A DNA stretch of 64,000 nucleotides from Gammaproteobacteria bacterium (lineage in GTDB: Bacteria > Pseudomonadota > Gammaproteobacteria > Arenicellales > JAJDZL01), in assembly GCA_022823405.1 (NCBI GenBank), contig JAJDXD010000073.1:7430-71429 (forward strand), given 5' to 3'. The notes beneath the pieces are model-generated. The model saw only the letters and a list, made by a program, of their open reading frames with translations, was not told the DNA's origin and searched no databases. A program made the position numbers and the translations under genes. This document shows, piece by piece, positions 9,967 through 19,734 of the stretch (position 1 is its first letter; every line of letters starts with the position of its first letter).

Positions 9967-12867
9967 TCAATCGCTACTCTGCAATGCGGATTCTAACAAC
10001 TGTGCGACATGTATGGACTGCCTGCCAGTACCCAGTTCAATCTGGTGGCGGCAGGACGTTCCGTCTGCAACGATGATTGTGTCCTCTTTCGCATCGCGAA
10101 TCGCCGGTAAAAGATCAAACTCTGCCATCTTGGTTGAAATGCGCCAGGTATCCCTATCGTAACCGAAAGCACCTGCCATACCGCAGCAACCGGAATCAAT
10201 GACACTTGAGGTCAATTCGGGAATTCGTGCCAGTACACTTTCCACAAAACTCATCTGATCAAATGACTTCTGATGACAGTGACCGTGAATCAAGGCAGCC
10301 CGATCAATAGGTTTCAATTTGAGGTCGGGGTTTTCTTTTTCCAGGAACTCTTCAAACAGGAACGAATTTTGTGCCAGCAATTCTGAGACATCGCTACGGA
10401 CCAATAGCGGAATCTCATCTCGCAGACCAAGCAAACAACTCGGCTCCAGTCCTACGAGCGGAATACCCTGTTTTAGATAGGATTCGACTGCTGTCAGCAA
10501 GCGGTTTACTTCCCGCTTTGCCTCATCGATCAGACCATTCGTCAGATAGGTACGCCCGCAACACAAAGGATGCTGACCGTCATCTGAAATCGGAAAGTGT
10601 ATGCGGTAGCCTGCCGCGATCAATACACTTATCGCGGCTCGCAGATTAGCCGGCTCAAACCACCTGTTGAAAGTGTCAGCGAACAGGACGACCGGCTTGC
10701 CATTGGATGGTCCTAGGCTTTGCGACTGTAAAAATGGATTACGATGCCATTTTGGCAACGGACGATGACGACTCAATTTCGTAACCGGTTCCAAAACTGA
10801 ACGGACAGTTGAAGAATTGGAAATTAGATTACTGATCCAGGACAAACGACTGGCATGCGGTGCGAAACGTGGCAAATGACCGATCAGTTTCTCGTGGGTT
10901 GTAACACCATGAGCACTTGATATAGCCGCCGTAGTTTCAATCTTCATTCTTGCCATGTCAACTCCAGTTGGACATTCGCGTCGGCAGGCTTTGCAACTGA
11001 CACAGTATTTCATCGCTTCACGCATCGCATCAGAGGTTAATGCATCCGTACCCAGTTGACCGGAAATAGCGAGACGCAAAACGTTCGCTCTGCCCCGGGT
11101 TACATGACGCTCATCCTTAGTTGCGCGATAGGAAGGACACATCACACCCCCAGCGAGTTTTCGACAGGCGCCATTGTTATTGCACATTTCAACTGCGCCT
11201 TGAAAACCGCCTCCCTGACCGGTCCAGCCCCGCCAATCCAAAACGGTACTGATTTCAGGTACGGTGTACTCGGGCGGAAAACGGAACAGTCGAGCATCAT
11301 CCATCTTTGGCGGGTTGATTATTTTTCCTGGATTCATTATTCCATCCGGGTCACACAACTGCTTGATTTCACCGAAGGTTTCGACCATCCGTTTGCCGAA
11401 CATCTTCTCGTGGAACTCCGAACGACACAATCCGTCTCCATGCTCTCCAGAGTGCGACCCCCTGTATTGGAGTACCATGTCAAAACACTCTTCGGCAATG
11501 GCGCGCATAGCCTTGACATCCCGTTCTTCGCGCAAGTTCAAAACAGGACGAACATGTAGACAACCCACAGAAGCATGCGCGTACCAGGTTCCTCGGGTAC
11601 CATGCTTATGAAAAATTTCTGTAAGTCTGGTGGTGTATTCGGCCAAGTCCTTAAGGTCGACAGCGCAGTCTTCCACGAAAGAAACCGGCTTGCGGTCATC
11701 TCGCATAGACATCATGATGTTGAGACCAGCCTTTCGAACTTCGAACACCGAAGCCTGGAATTTTCGGTCAATCGCATCAACCACACCGCCTCGAAATGGT
11801 TTTGGATTTGTAAACCGGTAACCGAGTTCAGCCATCAAATCACTCAGTGCCTTCAGACGTCGATAATTTTCGCTCTGATCACTTTCCGCAAATTCAACCA
11901 AAAGCAAAGCTTCTGGCTCACCATTGACCATATTTTTGACAGTGTCTCGAAACATCTCAATTTCACGGGACAATTCGATCATCGTCCGATCGATGAGTTC
12001 AACAGCAACCGGTCCCAATTTGACGATGTGCTGGGCTGAATCCATAGCTGCATGAAAAGTTGGGAAGTGACAGATGCCAAGCAGTTTGTTTTCTGGAATA
12101 TGAGAGAGTTTGAGGTCGATTGTACGACTTAGGGCCAGAGTGCCTTCTGATCCAACTAGCAGGTGTGCCAGATTGATTGAATCGTTTTGGGGAACCAGAG
12201 CATCAATGTTGTAACCACCGACCCGTCGCATTTGCTTTGGAAACCGCAAATCAATTTCTTTGTGTTCTCGTTCACCAATATCGATGAACTGTGTGAAAAG
12301 AGGGTGAAGACTTGCAGATTTCACAGCTGTCTTTCCAAAGTCAAGCGTTTCGCCACTTGGCAGCAAAGCGTCCACAGCAATGACATTGTCCCGCATCAAG
12401 CCATATCGAATGGATCGGCTCCCGCAGGAATTGTTACCGGTCATTCCACCAATTGTTGCTCGACTTGCAGTGGAAACATCAACAGGAAACCAGAGTCCAT
12501 GAGGCTTGAGAAATCGATTCAACTCATCCAGCACGATTCCGCCTTGGACCCGACAACGACGGTTTTCGATGTCGAGATCAATAACCCGATTCAGGAATTT
12601 GCTGTAATCCAATACGATTGCATGATTGACTGTCTGGCCGCACTGCGATGTCCCTCCTCCACGCGGCAAGAGCGGAATTCCCTGCTGTGCCGCATAGCCG
12701 AGTGTCTCTACAACATCGTTCTCGTGCTCTGCAAGTACAACTGCCAGAGGCATCATCTGGTAGCTGGAGGCATCGGTCGAGTATCGTCCGCGATCAAAAT
12801 TGCCGGTCAGCACTTCGCCTTTGATACGTTTCGTCAAGTCACGCTTTATTGTGGCTGTGTTGGACAT
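9967..12867 (-). CDS. FAD-binding oxidase fused to Fe-S/CCG domains (YdiJ / GlcD-GlcF fusion-like)
   Basis: 966 aa. It has an N-terminal FAD_binding_4 domain, a central pair of 4Fe-4S-type Cys clusters (CNNNGACRK, CVSCKACRRECP) and C-terminal cysteine-rich CCG repeats. Confidence 0.8.
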   Translation of the reverse strand: MSNTATIKRDLTKRIKGEVLTGNFDRGRYSTDASSYQMMPLAVVLAEHENDVVETLGYAAQQGIPLLPRGGGTSQCGQTVNHAIVLDYSKFLNRVIDLDIENRRCRVQGGIVLDELNRFLKPHGLWFPVDVSTASRATIGGMTGNNSCGSRSIRYGLMRDNVIAVDALLPSGETLDFGKTAVKSASLHPLFTQFIDIGEREHKEIDLRFPKQMRRVGGYNIDALVPQNDSINLAHLLVGSEGTLALSRTIDLKLSHIPENKLLGICHFPTFHAAMDSAQHIVKLGPVAVELIDRTMIELSREIEMFRDTVKNMVNGEPEALLLVEFAESDQSENYRRLKALSDLMAELGYRFTNPKPFRGGVVDAIDRKFQASVFEVRKAGLNIMMSMRDDRKPVSFVEDCAVDLKDLAEYTTRLTEIFHKHGTRGTWYAHASVGCLHVRPVLNLREERDVKAMRAIAEECFDMVLQYRGSHSGEHGDGLCRSEFHEKMFGKRMVETFGEIKQLCDPDGIMNPGKIINPPKMDDARLFRFPPEYTVPEISTVLDWRGWTGQGGGFQGAVEMCNNNGACRKLAGGVMCPSYRATKDERHVTRGRANVLRLAISGQLGTDALTSDAMREAMKYCVSCKACRRECPTGVDMARMKIETTAAISSAHGVTTHEKLIGHLPRFAPHASRLSWISNLISNSSTVRSVLEPVTKLSRHRPLPKWHRNPFLQSQSLGPSNGKPVVLFADTFNRWFEPANLRAAISVLIAAGYRIHFPISDDGQHPLCCGRTYLTNGLIDEAKREVNRLLTAVESYLKQGIPLVGLEPSCLLGLRDEIPLLVRSDVSELLAQNSFLFEEFLEKENPDLKLKPIDRAALIHGHCHQKSFDQMSFVESVLARIPELTSSVIDSGCCGMAGAFGYDRDTWRISTKMAEFDLLPAIRDAKEDTIIVADGTSCRHQIELGTGRQSIHVAQLLESALQSSD

Positions 12868-13126
12868 TACACCAATGAATCAGGTAGTCAAAATCAGTCG
12901 AGTGCATTTTACTTGGGCGCGGAAAAGGTAGTGGATTCCAAAGTGATTACGAAGGGAGTTGAAATTTCGTTGAACGTTTGGTTCCGATCAACCGAATTCC
13001 TTGATTTTGTAGAAACTTGTTGACTAACCAGACAGGGGGTTCAACACTTCAAAAAGCAGACTGAAATCAAAACCAAGTATACTTTGCTGTTTCTTTACAC
13101 TTCGTTGCGTTAAATTCCGAATTTCA

Positions 13127-14056
13127 ATGACTTCGATTCCTGTCATCGACATTTCTCCGCTGCACAACGAGTCTGATGCTGCACTCAGATCTGTCGGAAA
13201 AGTACTGCGCGCGGCAGCTGAGACTGACGGCTTCTTTTACATAACTGGTCATGGTGTAGACACCGATGTAATCAGTTCGACCTTTGAAACGGCCAAACAA
13301 TTTTTCTCGCTGCCTACAGAAAAGAAGGCTGAAATCCAAATGTCCGACACCCACCGCGGTTTCCTGTCGATCGGGGAGTCAACCATGGAAGGCTATAGTA
13401 AAGCCGACCTGAAAGAGAGCTTTATTTGGGGAATTGATGAAGATTTCGATGACCTTTCATCTAAAGGCCAGAATCAACTACACGCACCAAATCGCTGGCC
13501 GAATGAACCCGCTGATATGCGCTCGGTTCTTAACACTTTTTTTGATGAAGTTCACAAATGCTCCCGGAAGATACTCCGTGCACTAGCTGTATCTTTGGAT
13601 GAGTCTCCAAATTTTTTCACCCGAAACTTCAATCACCCAACCTCCAGAGGATCACTGATTTATTACCCAGCGACTGAAGAAAAATCCAATGGTTATGGTG
13701 TATCGCCACACTCAGATTTCGGATGCCTGTCCATGCTGTTGCAAGGAGGGCCGGGCCTAAGCGCTCAATCTTCCGATGGCAACTGGTATGAAGTCAACCC
13801 GATTCCGAATACATTTGTTGCCAACATCGGTGACCTGCTGTCACGGTGGTCAAATGGTCGTTTTCGTTCGGTTCCACATTTTGTTGTGAACAAGGGTGGC
13901 CAAGCGCGTTATTCAGTTGTAGTGTTTGTCGACCCTGATTCCCATACCGTCATAAATCCCATTCTTCACAATGGCGAGGCCGCACAATTTGAACCAATCA
14001 CCTGCGATGCTTATATCAGCGGTCGATTCAATCGATCCTTCGCGTATCGAAACTAA
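13127..14056 (+). CDS. 2-oxoglutarate/Fe(II)-dependent oxygenase (isopenicillin N synthase-like)
   Basis: 309 aa with a DIOX_N-like start (IPVIDISPL) and a facial triad context (SPHSDFG ... SVPHFV ... RYSV). Confidence 0.8.
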   Translation: MTSIPVIDISPLHNESDAALRSVGKVLRAAAETDGFFYITGHGVDTDVISSTFETAKQFFSLPTEKKAEIQMSDTHRGFLSIGESTMEGYSKADLKESFIWGIDEDFDDLSSKGQNQLHAPNRWPNEPADMRSVLNTFFDEVHKCSRKILRALAVSLDESPNFFTRNFNHPTSRGSLIYYPATEEKSNGYGVSPHSDFGCLSMLLQGGPGLSAQSSDGNWYEVNPIPNTFVANIGDLLSRWSNGRFRSVPHFVVNKGGQARYSVVVFVDPDSHTVINPILHNGEAAQFEPITCDAYISGRFNRSFAYRN

Positions 14057-14064
14057 TCGATGAA

Positions 14065-14634
14065 ATGACAGCCTGGATCAAAATGCTCTCCGATGAAGAG
14101 GCGACGGGAGAAGCAAAAGAAGCTTTGGAAACCACCAGAACGCCACACGGAACAGTGGACAACGTGATGCGAATTCACAGTCTGCGTCCTAAGACCATGC
14201 ATGGTCACGTTGCACTGTATCGAAGCGTACTCCACAGCAGCGACAATTTGCTGCCATTCTGGTTTCTTGAAACTGCTGGAACCTATACCAGCCTTCTGAA
14301 TAAATGTGATTACAGCGTTACACATCACAGCCTAAATTTGCGCAAATTACTGAACGACGACGAACGATACGAGCAGATCTATTCAGCTTTAAATAACCGC
14401 CAACCACACTGCGCCTTCCAAGGTAAAGAGCTGGCAATGCTAAACTATGTGGAGAAGCTGACAGTCGCTGTTGACTCTATGCTTGAGACAGACATTGAGG
14501 CTCTATTTCAAGCGGGATGCAATGACGGTGAAATCCTGGAGTTAAACCAGGTAGTCGGTTATTTCTGCTACGCCAACCGTCTTCTCAATGGTTTAGGCGT
14601 GACCACCAAAGGTGATGTGATCGGGTACTATTAG
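14065..14634 (+). CDS. carboxymuconolactone decarboxylase/AhpD-like peroxidase-related protein
   Basis: 189 aa with a CMD-family core (CDYSVTHH, corresponding to the CxxC/H motif with the second Cys replaced by Ser). Confidence 0.6.
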   Translation: MTAWIKMLSDEEATGEAKEALETTRTPHGTVDNVMRIHSLRPKTMHGHVALYRSVLHSSDNLLPFWFLETAGTYTSLLNKCDYSVTHHSLNLRKLLNDDERYEQIYSALNNRQPHCAFQGKELAMLNYVEKLTVAVDSMLETDIEALFQAGCNDGEILELNQVVGYFCYANRLLNGLGVTTKGDVIGYY

Positions 14635-14693
14635 TTCACTCCCAAATTTGGAATGAGGAGTATTGACCAACAAGTAGAATTCAGGGTATTTCC

Positions 14694-15752
14694 ATGAGCA
14701 AACAATATTCCGACATCAAATGGAATGAAACACGAATTCAATCGGGCCTCGATTTTACCTCTCCAGGAAAACGGTCCGGCGACCTGCGCCTAAAGTATTC
14801 CGACAACCAGACCCCTTTGGGTTACATACCCATTCCTGCGGGTGTCATAATCAACGGAACCGGTCCAACAATCCTCCTGACCGGCGGGGTACATGGCGAT
14901 GAATTTGAAGGCCCCATTTCTCTTGTCAAGTTTCTTCGCGAAACCAATGTTGACGACATTCAGGGACGAGTCATCATTTTTCCGGCAATCAATGCTCCAG
15001 CATTGAATGCCTCGGCCAGAGTTTCACCGCTTGATGACGGAAATCTTAATCGAGCGTTTCCCGGAGACCCCAACGGAACCCCAACTCAAGTCATCGCTCA
15101 TTTTGTCGAAAGCGCGGTGATGCCAGTCTGCGATGTGGCAATTGACCTGCACGCGGGTGGTAAGGCCTACTGGTTTTCTCCCTGTTCAATGGCAACCTAT
15201 GATGACGACCCAACTCGTCAGGCAATGATCATGGAACTGGCAGATGTATTTGGTTGCCCCTTAGTTTGGGTGATGGGAATTTTCAATGATGATCGCAGTG
15301 TGAATGGTGCTGCTGTTCGCAACAAAATCCCTTCAATTGCGGCCGAACTGGGCGGTACGGGCCACGTCTCTCCGGATACCATGAAACTTGGAGAGAAAGG
15401 CATCCGTAACTGTCTGCGTCACTTAGGGGTTTTGTCAGGTGAAGTTGAACCGCGAAGAGAACCGGCAACTTTTTTCAAGATTGTTGATGCAAATCAAACT
15501 GTTTATGCAACGCACCGCGGCTTGTTTGAACCCGCTTTTACACCCGGTGATCGGGTTTCAGCGGGCGACCTGGTTGGCTATATTCATAGTATCAGCCATA
15601 TTGAAGAACCACCAATCCGAATTGAATTCCCAATCGGTGGTGTAGCCTATGTGCGATGCCATAGGGGGTTGGTCGAGCACGGCGAAGGTCTCGCAGTGGT
15701 GGGCGTTGAATCCGACAATTCCGGTGAAGAATTCGAGCGGAACTCGTATTGA
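14694..15752 (+). CDS. succinylglutamate desuccinylase/aspartoacylase family deacylase (DoeB-like)
   Basis: 352 aa with the zinc-binding motif GGVHGDEFEG and AstE/AspA family architecture. Confidence 0.75.
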   Translation: MSKQYSDIKWNETRIQSGLDFTSPGKRSGDLRLKYSDNQTPLGYIPIPAGVIINGTGPTILLTGGVHGDEFEGPISLVKFLRETNVDDIQGRVIIFPAINAPALNASARVSPLDDGNLNRAFPGDPNGTPTQVIAHFVESAVMPVCDVAIDLHAGGKAYWFSPCSMATYDDDPTRQAMIMELADVFGCPLVWVMGIFNDDRSVNGAAVRNKIPSIAAELGGTGHVSPDTMKLGEKGIRNCLRHLGVLSGEVEPRREPATFFKIVDANQTVYATHRGLFEPAFTPGDRVSAGDLVGYIHSISHIEEPPIRIEFPIGGVAYVRCHRGLVEHGEGLAVVGVESDNSGEEFERNSY

Positions 15753-15781
15753 GAATGTCGCAACAGACCTGTTGTGGATGA

Positions 15782-17098
15782 TCAGTGAACGCCGCGTCGG
15801 TACACGCAGCGACCCATACTCCACGTTTCTCGAATATTCAAGGAGTCACCAAGAATAATCAGTGCAAACAACTTCTCTGATATGGATTGCGACTGCTCAA
15901 ATCTTTGCCGTATCAATCGTTGCCCGCCATCGTCCAGTATTACGAAATCCGCTTCTTTACCTATATCCAAATTACCGACGTGCTCTTCAATCTTAAGCGT
16001 CCGTGCACCGCCTAGAGTCGCGAGATAGAAAAGATCCAACTCGTCGACATTTCGGTCGCCGCCAAGACTCACAATCTTGTACATCTCTTGCATGGTCTTA
16101 AGCATTGAAAAACTCGTGCCTCCACCTACGTCTGTACCAAGAGATAGCCCAATGTGATAATCATCTAGCTGATTTAGCGGGACCAAACCACTGCCAAGAA
16201 AAGAATTAGATGTCGGACAAAGCGCGATTGATGCACCAGCATCTGCCATCCGCTGCTTCTCAGAGTCACTCAAATGGATGCAGTGAGCGAACACTGAATG
16301 GTCTGAAACCACGCCAAACTTTTCATAGACACCCAGGTAGTCAGAACAGTCTGGATATAGTTGCATTGTCCATTCATTTTCGGGTAGTGTTTCTGCCAGA
16401 TGTGTGTGAAACAAAAGGTCAGGATACCTTTGCACCAATCGTCTGCATACCTCCATCTGCTTGAGAGTGGATGTTGCTGCAAACCGCAATGTGATTGAGT
16501 AGCTTTGACGTCCTTTGCCATGCCATTTTTTGATTAACCTTTCTGTTTCGGCTTCGCCACCATCATTCCCATCAAGCAACCCTTCTGGCGCGTGCCTGTC
16601 CATGAGCACCTTTCCTGCCACCATTCGAAGGCCCCGCGAATGCGCCTCTTCGAAGAACAAATCCGTAGAGTTTTCATGAACTGTCGGATAGACCTGTGCG
16701 CAGGTAGTTCCATTGCTGACCAACTCGTCGAAGAATTGTGATGCAACGGCTGCTGAGTGATTTGGATCACTAAACCTGAGTTCTTCAGGAAACGTGTAGG
16801 TCTCAAGCCATTCCAGCAGGCCGGGTGCGGGTGAACCGATAATCCGCGTTTGAGCATAGTGAATATGGGTATCTATGAATCCAGGACAAATGAAGCAACC
16901 GGGATATTCAAGAATCGGATACTGCTCCTGAAAGGTGTCTAGACATTCTTTCGTCTGAGCAATAGATTCGACGCGCCCATCCGAGATAACCATAATGGCA
17001 TCCTCAAAAAAACGGAACGCCTTTGAACTCTGCCTTGGGTTCGCAACAAAGTCAAATACTGCACCACGAATCCCAAATTTTTTCATTTCTTCAGACAA
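15782..17098 (-). CDS. guaD: guanine deaminase
   Basis: 438 aa amidohydrolase with PGFIDTHIHYAQ and a later HLAE motif. The overall GuaD-like sequence sits next to purine catabolic genes. Confidence 0.85.
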   Translation of the reverse strand: MSEEMKKFGIRGAVFDFVANPRQSSKAFRFFEDAIMVISDGRVESIAQTKECLDTFQEQYPILEYPGCFICPGFIDTHIHYAQTRIIGSPAPGLLEWLETYTFPEELRFSDPNHSAAVASQFFDELVSNGTTCAQVYPTVHENSTDLFFEEAHSRGLRMVAGKVLMDRHAPEGLLDGNDGGEAETERLIKKWHGKGRQSYSITLRFAATSTLKQMEVCRRLVQRYPDLLFHTHLAETLPENEWTMQLYPDCSDYLGVYEKFGVVSDHSVFAHCIHLSDSEKQRMADAGASIALCPTSNSFLGSGLVPLNQLDDYHIGLSLGTDVGGGTSFSMLKTMQEMYKIVSLGGDRNVDELDLFYLATLGGARTLKIEEHVGNLDIGKEADFVILDDGGQRLIRQRFEQSQSISEKLFALIILGDSLNIRETWSMGRCVYRRGVH

Positions 17099-17186
17099 AC
17101 GAATTAGTCCTCAACCCGTTATATTTATACAAATCAGTGAAGTAATGAGTTCTTTCAAGTTGCCCTGAAAATTTCGGCCGTCAAAT

Positions 17187-18401
17187 CTATTTTCCCGAAA
17201 GTCGTAAGTATCCGTCCCGAGTTTGCGGTGCCTTAATTCCCAACAGACGGCTGCCAACCTGAGTCTTCAATATCTGCGCAGTTCCCCCGCCAATGGTAAA
17301 CATGCGTACGTCTCGATACATTCGCTCCAATGGTTCCTGATCACCGTATCCTCGAGCACCAAACATTTGTAGAGCATCGCTAACGACTCTGATCGCGCTT
17401 TCCGACGCAAAAAGTTTTGCCCTAGCAGCCAACAAGGGGTCAGGGAATTGGCTCTCCCTTTCTTCGGCAGACTTTGCCGCTTCGTAAAGCAGTAATCGCG
17501 ATGCATGGACTGATGTATCCATGTCTGCAATCATCCACTGCAAGCCTTGAAACTCAGCGAGCGGTCGTCCAAACTGGTGCCGGTCAGTCATATAGCGCTT
17601 TGCATGGTCAAGTGACCCGGCCGCTATACCCATTGCAATCGTTCCCGCTCCGACTCGTTGACTGTTGTAGGCATTCATTAGATCAGCAAAACCTCGACGA
17701 AATCCTGATGGCGTTGGAAGCATAAATGCTTTGTCCACTTCCAGGTCATTGAAATGGAGCTCGGCTTCTGGCATTCCACACAAACCCAGAGTATGCTCTC
17801 GACGAGCAACAGTAAATCCGTCAGGCTTGATGTTGTTAGCTGGATCGTAGTGAACCAGAAATCCCCCAATTCCCAGATCCTGTCCCTCTTCATCCAAAAC
17901 TCTAGCGAAAATCAAATGGAGTTTCGATACTCCACCTCCGGTAATCCAGTGCTTAACGCCATTGAGAATGTATTTTGCACCCGCTTTTTGGGCAACGGTT
18001 TTCATTTCAGTTGCAGCACTGCCAGCTTCCGGTTCAGTGATGCAAATTGCCGGTTTGTCTCCCTTGAGCACCAATGGCGCGCAGTAATTTTTCTGCTCTT
18101 CTGTGCCATAAGCCATCACTGCGCTGATGCCTCCCATATTTGATTCAACGACAATTCGTGCGCTCAGTGCGCAACTGCGCGCAATCTCCTCAATTACCAA
18201 TACTGCTTCATAGAAAGATGCAGACTGTCCACCATACTGCTTTGGAATCGTCATGCCCATAAGACCTGCATCAACCAGATCGTCAACATTTTCCCAGCAG
18301 TATTCACGGGATCTGTCCCACAAACCCGCTTTTGGTGCGAACTTTTGAGATAGCTCCTCGGCAATTGATGTGAAATGAGCGGAATGATGGGATTTATTCA
18401 T
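17187..18401 (-). CDS. acyl-CoA dehydrogenase family protein
   Basis: 404 aa with ACAD motifs (CITEPEAGSA, MFGARGYGDQEPLERMYRD). Confidence 0.85.
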   Translation of the reverse strand: MNKSHHSAHFTSIAEELSQKFAPKAGLWDRSREYCWENVDDLVDAGLMGMTIPKQYGGQSASFYEAVLVIEEIARSCALSARIVVESNMGGISAVMAYGTEEQKNYCAPLVLKGDKPAICITEPEAGSAATEMKTVAQKAGAKYILNGVKHWITGGGVSKLHLIFARVLDEEGQDLGIGGFLVHYDPANNIKPDGFTVARREHTLGLCGMPEAELHFNDLEVDKAFMLPTPSGFRRGFADLMNAYNSQRVGAGTIAMGIAAGSLDHAKRYMTDRHQFGRPLAEFQGLQWMIADMDTSVHASRLLLYEAAKSAEERESQFPDPLLAARAKLFASESAIRVVSDALQMFGARGYGDQEPLERMYRDVRMFTIGGGTAQILKTQVGSRLLGIKAPQTRDGYLRLSGK

Positions 18402-18466
18402 GAAATTAATTTGAGGTTCAAAGTAAATGTCGCTGTATCAGTTGAGTGAAAAAGACTATGCCACTA

Positions 18467-19060
18467 TTATTCCTTCACTGAAATGGATTCCAGCATCGGA
18501 GCAGCCCACGCCTTGTGAACACGAATCTCATCCAAGCTGAGACCAGAGAGTTCGTAAGGCAGGACTAGCCAACGGTCGGTTTCGTTTATGAAGTACTCGG
18601 GGGCTGGACGTTTCGCTACTGGCCTGTACCACACGGTTGCTACCCGGATATCTTCCGGTAAATTCTTACGCAGTTTTTGACGAAGTTTCTCTTTCACCGC
18701 CTGCATGCTGTGACCGCTGCTAAACACATCATCCACCAGCAAAAGTTGATGTTGAGCCTCCAAGCGGTCCACCAAATATTCATATCCATGAACTCTGATG
18801 CTTTCAGAATTCCGTATCATGTCGGAGTAATTATCCATTCCGCGGTAGGATGTCCGAATAGCGATGTGATCTGTTTCCACTCCCAAATGTTGCAGGCACT
18901 CCTGCACAACGATGCCGACAGCACTGCCCCCACGCCAGATTCCGACAATGAAGTCAGGTCGAAAGCCGCTTTCATAAACGCGGCGGCCGAGTCGAAATCC
19001 ATCCAGAATCAGATCATGCTCTTCAACAAATATTTTTTCTTGAGCCTGTAGATTTTCCAT
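18467..19060 (-). CDS. type I phosphoribosyltransferase (purine PRT-like), paralog A
   Basis: 197 aa with the PRPP-binding loop LLLVDDVFSSGHS. It shares FIVGIWRGG, DHIAIRTS and YLVDR with the divergent neighbour. Confidence 0.75.
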   Translation of the reverse strand: MENLQAQEKIFVEEHDLILDGFRLGRRVYESGFRPDFIVGIWRGGSAVGIVVQECLQHLGVETDHIAIRTSYRGMDNYSDMIRNSESIRVHGYEYLVDRLEAQHQLLLVDDVFSSGHSMQAVKEKLRQKLRKNLPEDIRVATVWYRPVAKRPAPEYFINETDRWLVLPYELSGLSLDEIRVHKAWAAPMLESISVKE

Positions 19061-19077
19061 GGTGTACTATTTTAACC

Positions 19078-19635
19078 ATGAGTGCCAAACTATACATACA
19101 ACCCCAGGACCTGCTGAACGATGCCATGCGACTCGGTGCAATGGTGGTCAACAGTGGGTTTAAACCGAAGTTCATTGTTGGTATATGGCGCGGTGGGACG
19201 CCAATTGGTATTGGCGTTCAGGAAGTTTTGGCCTGGGCAGGAATAGAATCAGATCATATCGCTATTCGGACATCCTCTTACGGATCCACAATTGACCAGC
19301 GCGGTCATCTTGTTCGCATACATGGATTGAGCTATCTTGTGGACAGAGTCAATGCAGAAGACGGTCTGCTTCTTGTAGACGATGTTTTCGATACAGGGCT
19401 GACCATCGAAGCGATCGTTGACAAATTGCGCCGGAAGGCGAAATTGAATACGCCTGAAAACATTCGGGTTGCCGTTCCCTGGTATAAACCCACGCGCAAC
19501 CGGACCGTCAGGGTGCCTGACTATTACTTGCATGAAACAGAACGATGGATCAAATTTCCTCACTCGCTTGAAGGTTTGAGTGACGAGGAAATTCGTACTT
19601 TCCGACCTGAAATTTGGAAAGTTCTGAACGAGTGA
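19078..19635 (+). CDS. type I phosphoribosyltransferase (purine PRT-like), paralog B
   Basis: 185 aa with the PRPP loop LLLVDDVFDTGLT. It is clearly paralogous to 18467-19060. Confidence 0.75.
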   Translation: MSAKLYIQPQDLLNDAMRLGAMVVNSGFKPKFIVGIWRGGTPIGIGVQEVLAWAGIESDHIAIRTSSYGSTIDQRGHLVRIHGLSYLVDRVNAEDGLLLVDDVFDTGLTIEAIVDKLRRKAKLNTPENIRVAVPWYKPTRNRTVRVPDYYLHETERWIKFPHSLEGLSDEEIRTFRPEIWKVLNE

Positions 19636-19671
19636 AACGGACTGTTAAAAATTATAAAGACCAGCAAAAGT

Positions 19672-19703
19672 TTCAGGGGCGATTGATATCAAGCACCCCT
19701 GAA
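19672..19703. terminator. hairpin between convergent genes (possible bidirectional terminator)
   Basis: TTCAGGGG (19672-19679) and CCCCTGAA (19696-19703) form an 8-bp stem with a 16-nt loop. It lies between the ends of the PRT-B and BMP-SBP genes. Confidence 0.45.
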
Positions 19704-19734
19704 CTGTAAAGTCTATTGATTCAACCAGTAATCG

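Noticed and set aside
12187-13023. 278-aa plus-strand ORF, and other long antisense ORFs (8235-8963, 45473-46090, 54994-55593, 11056-11559, 28901-29404, 27405-27830)
   Set aside because: Each lies fully or mostly antisense to a strongly supported enzyme gene. Their composition is low-complexity (Ser/Arg/Thr/Pro-rich) and none has a recognisable motif. These are typical shadow ORFs.
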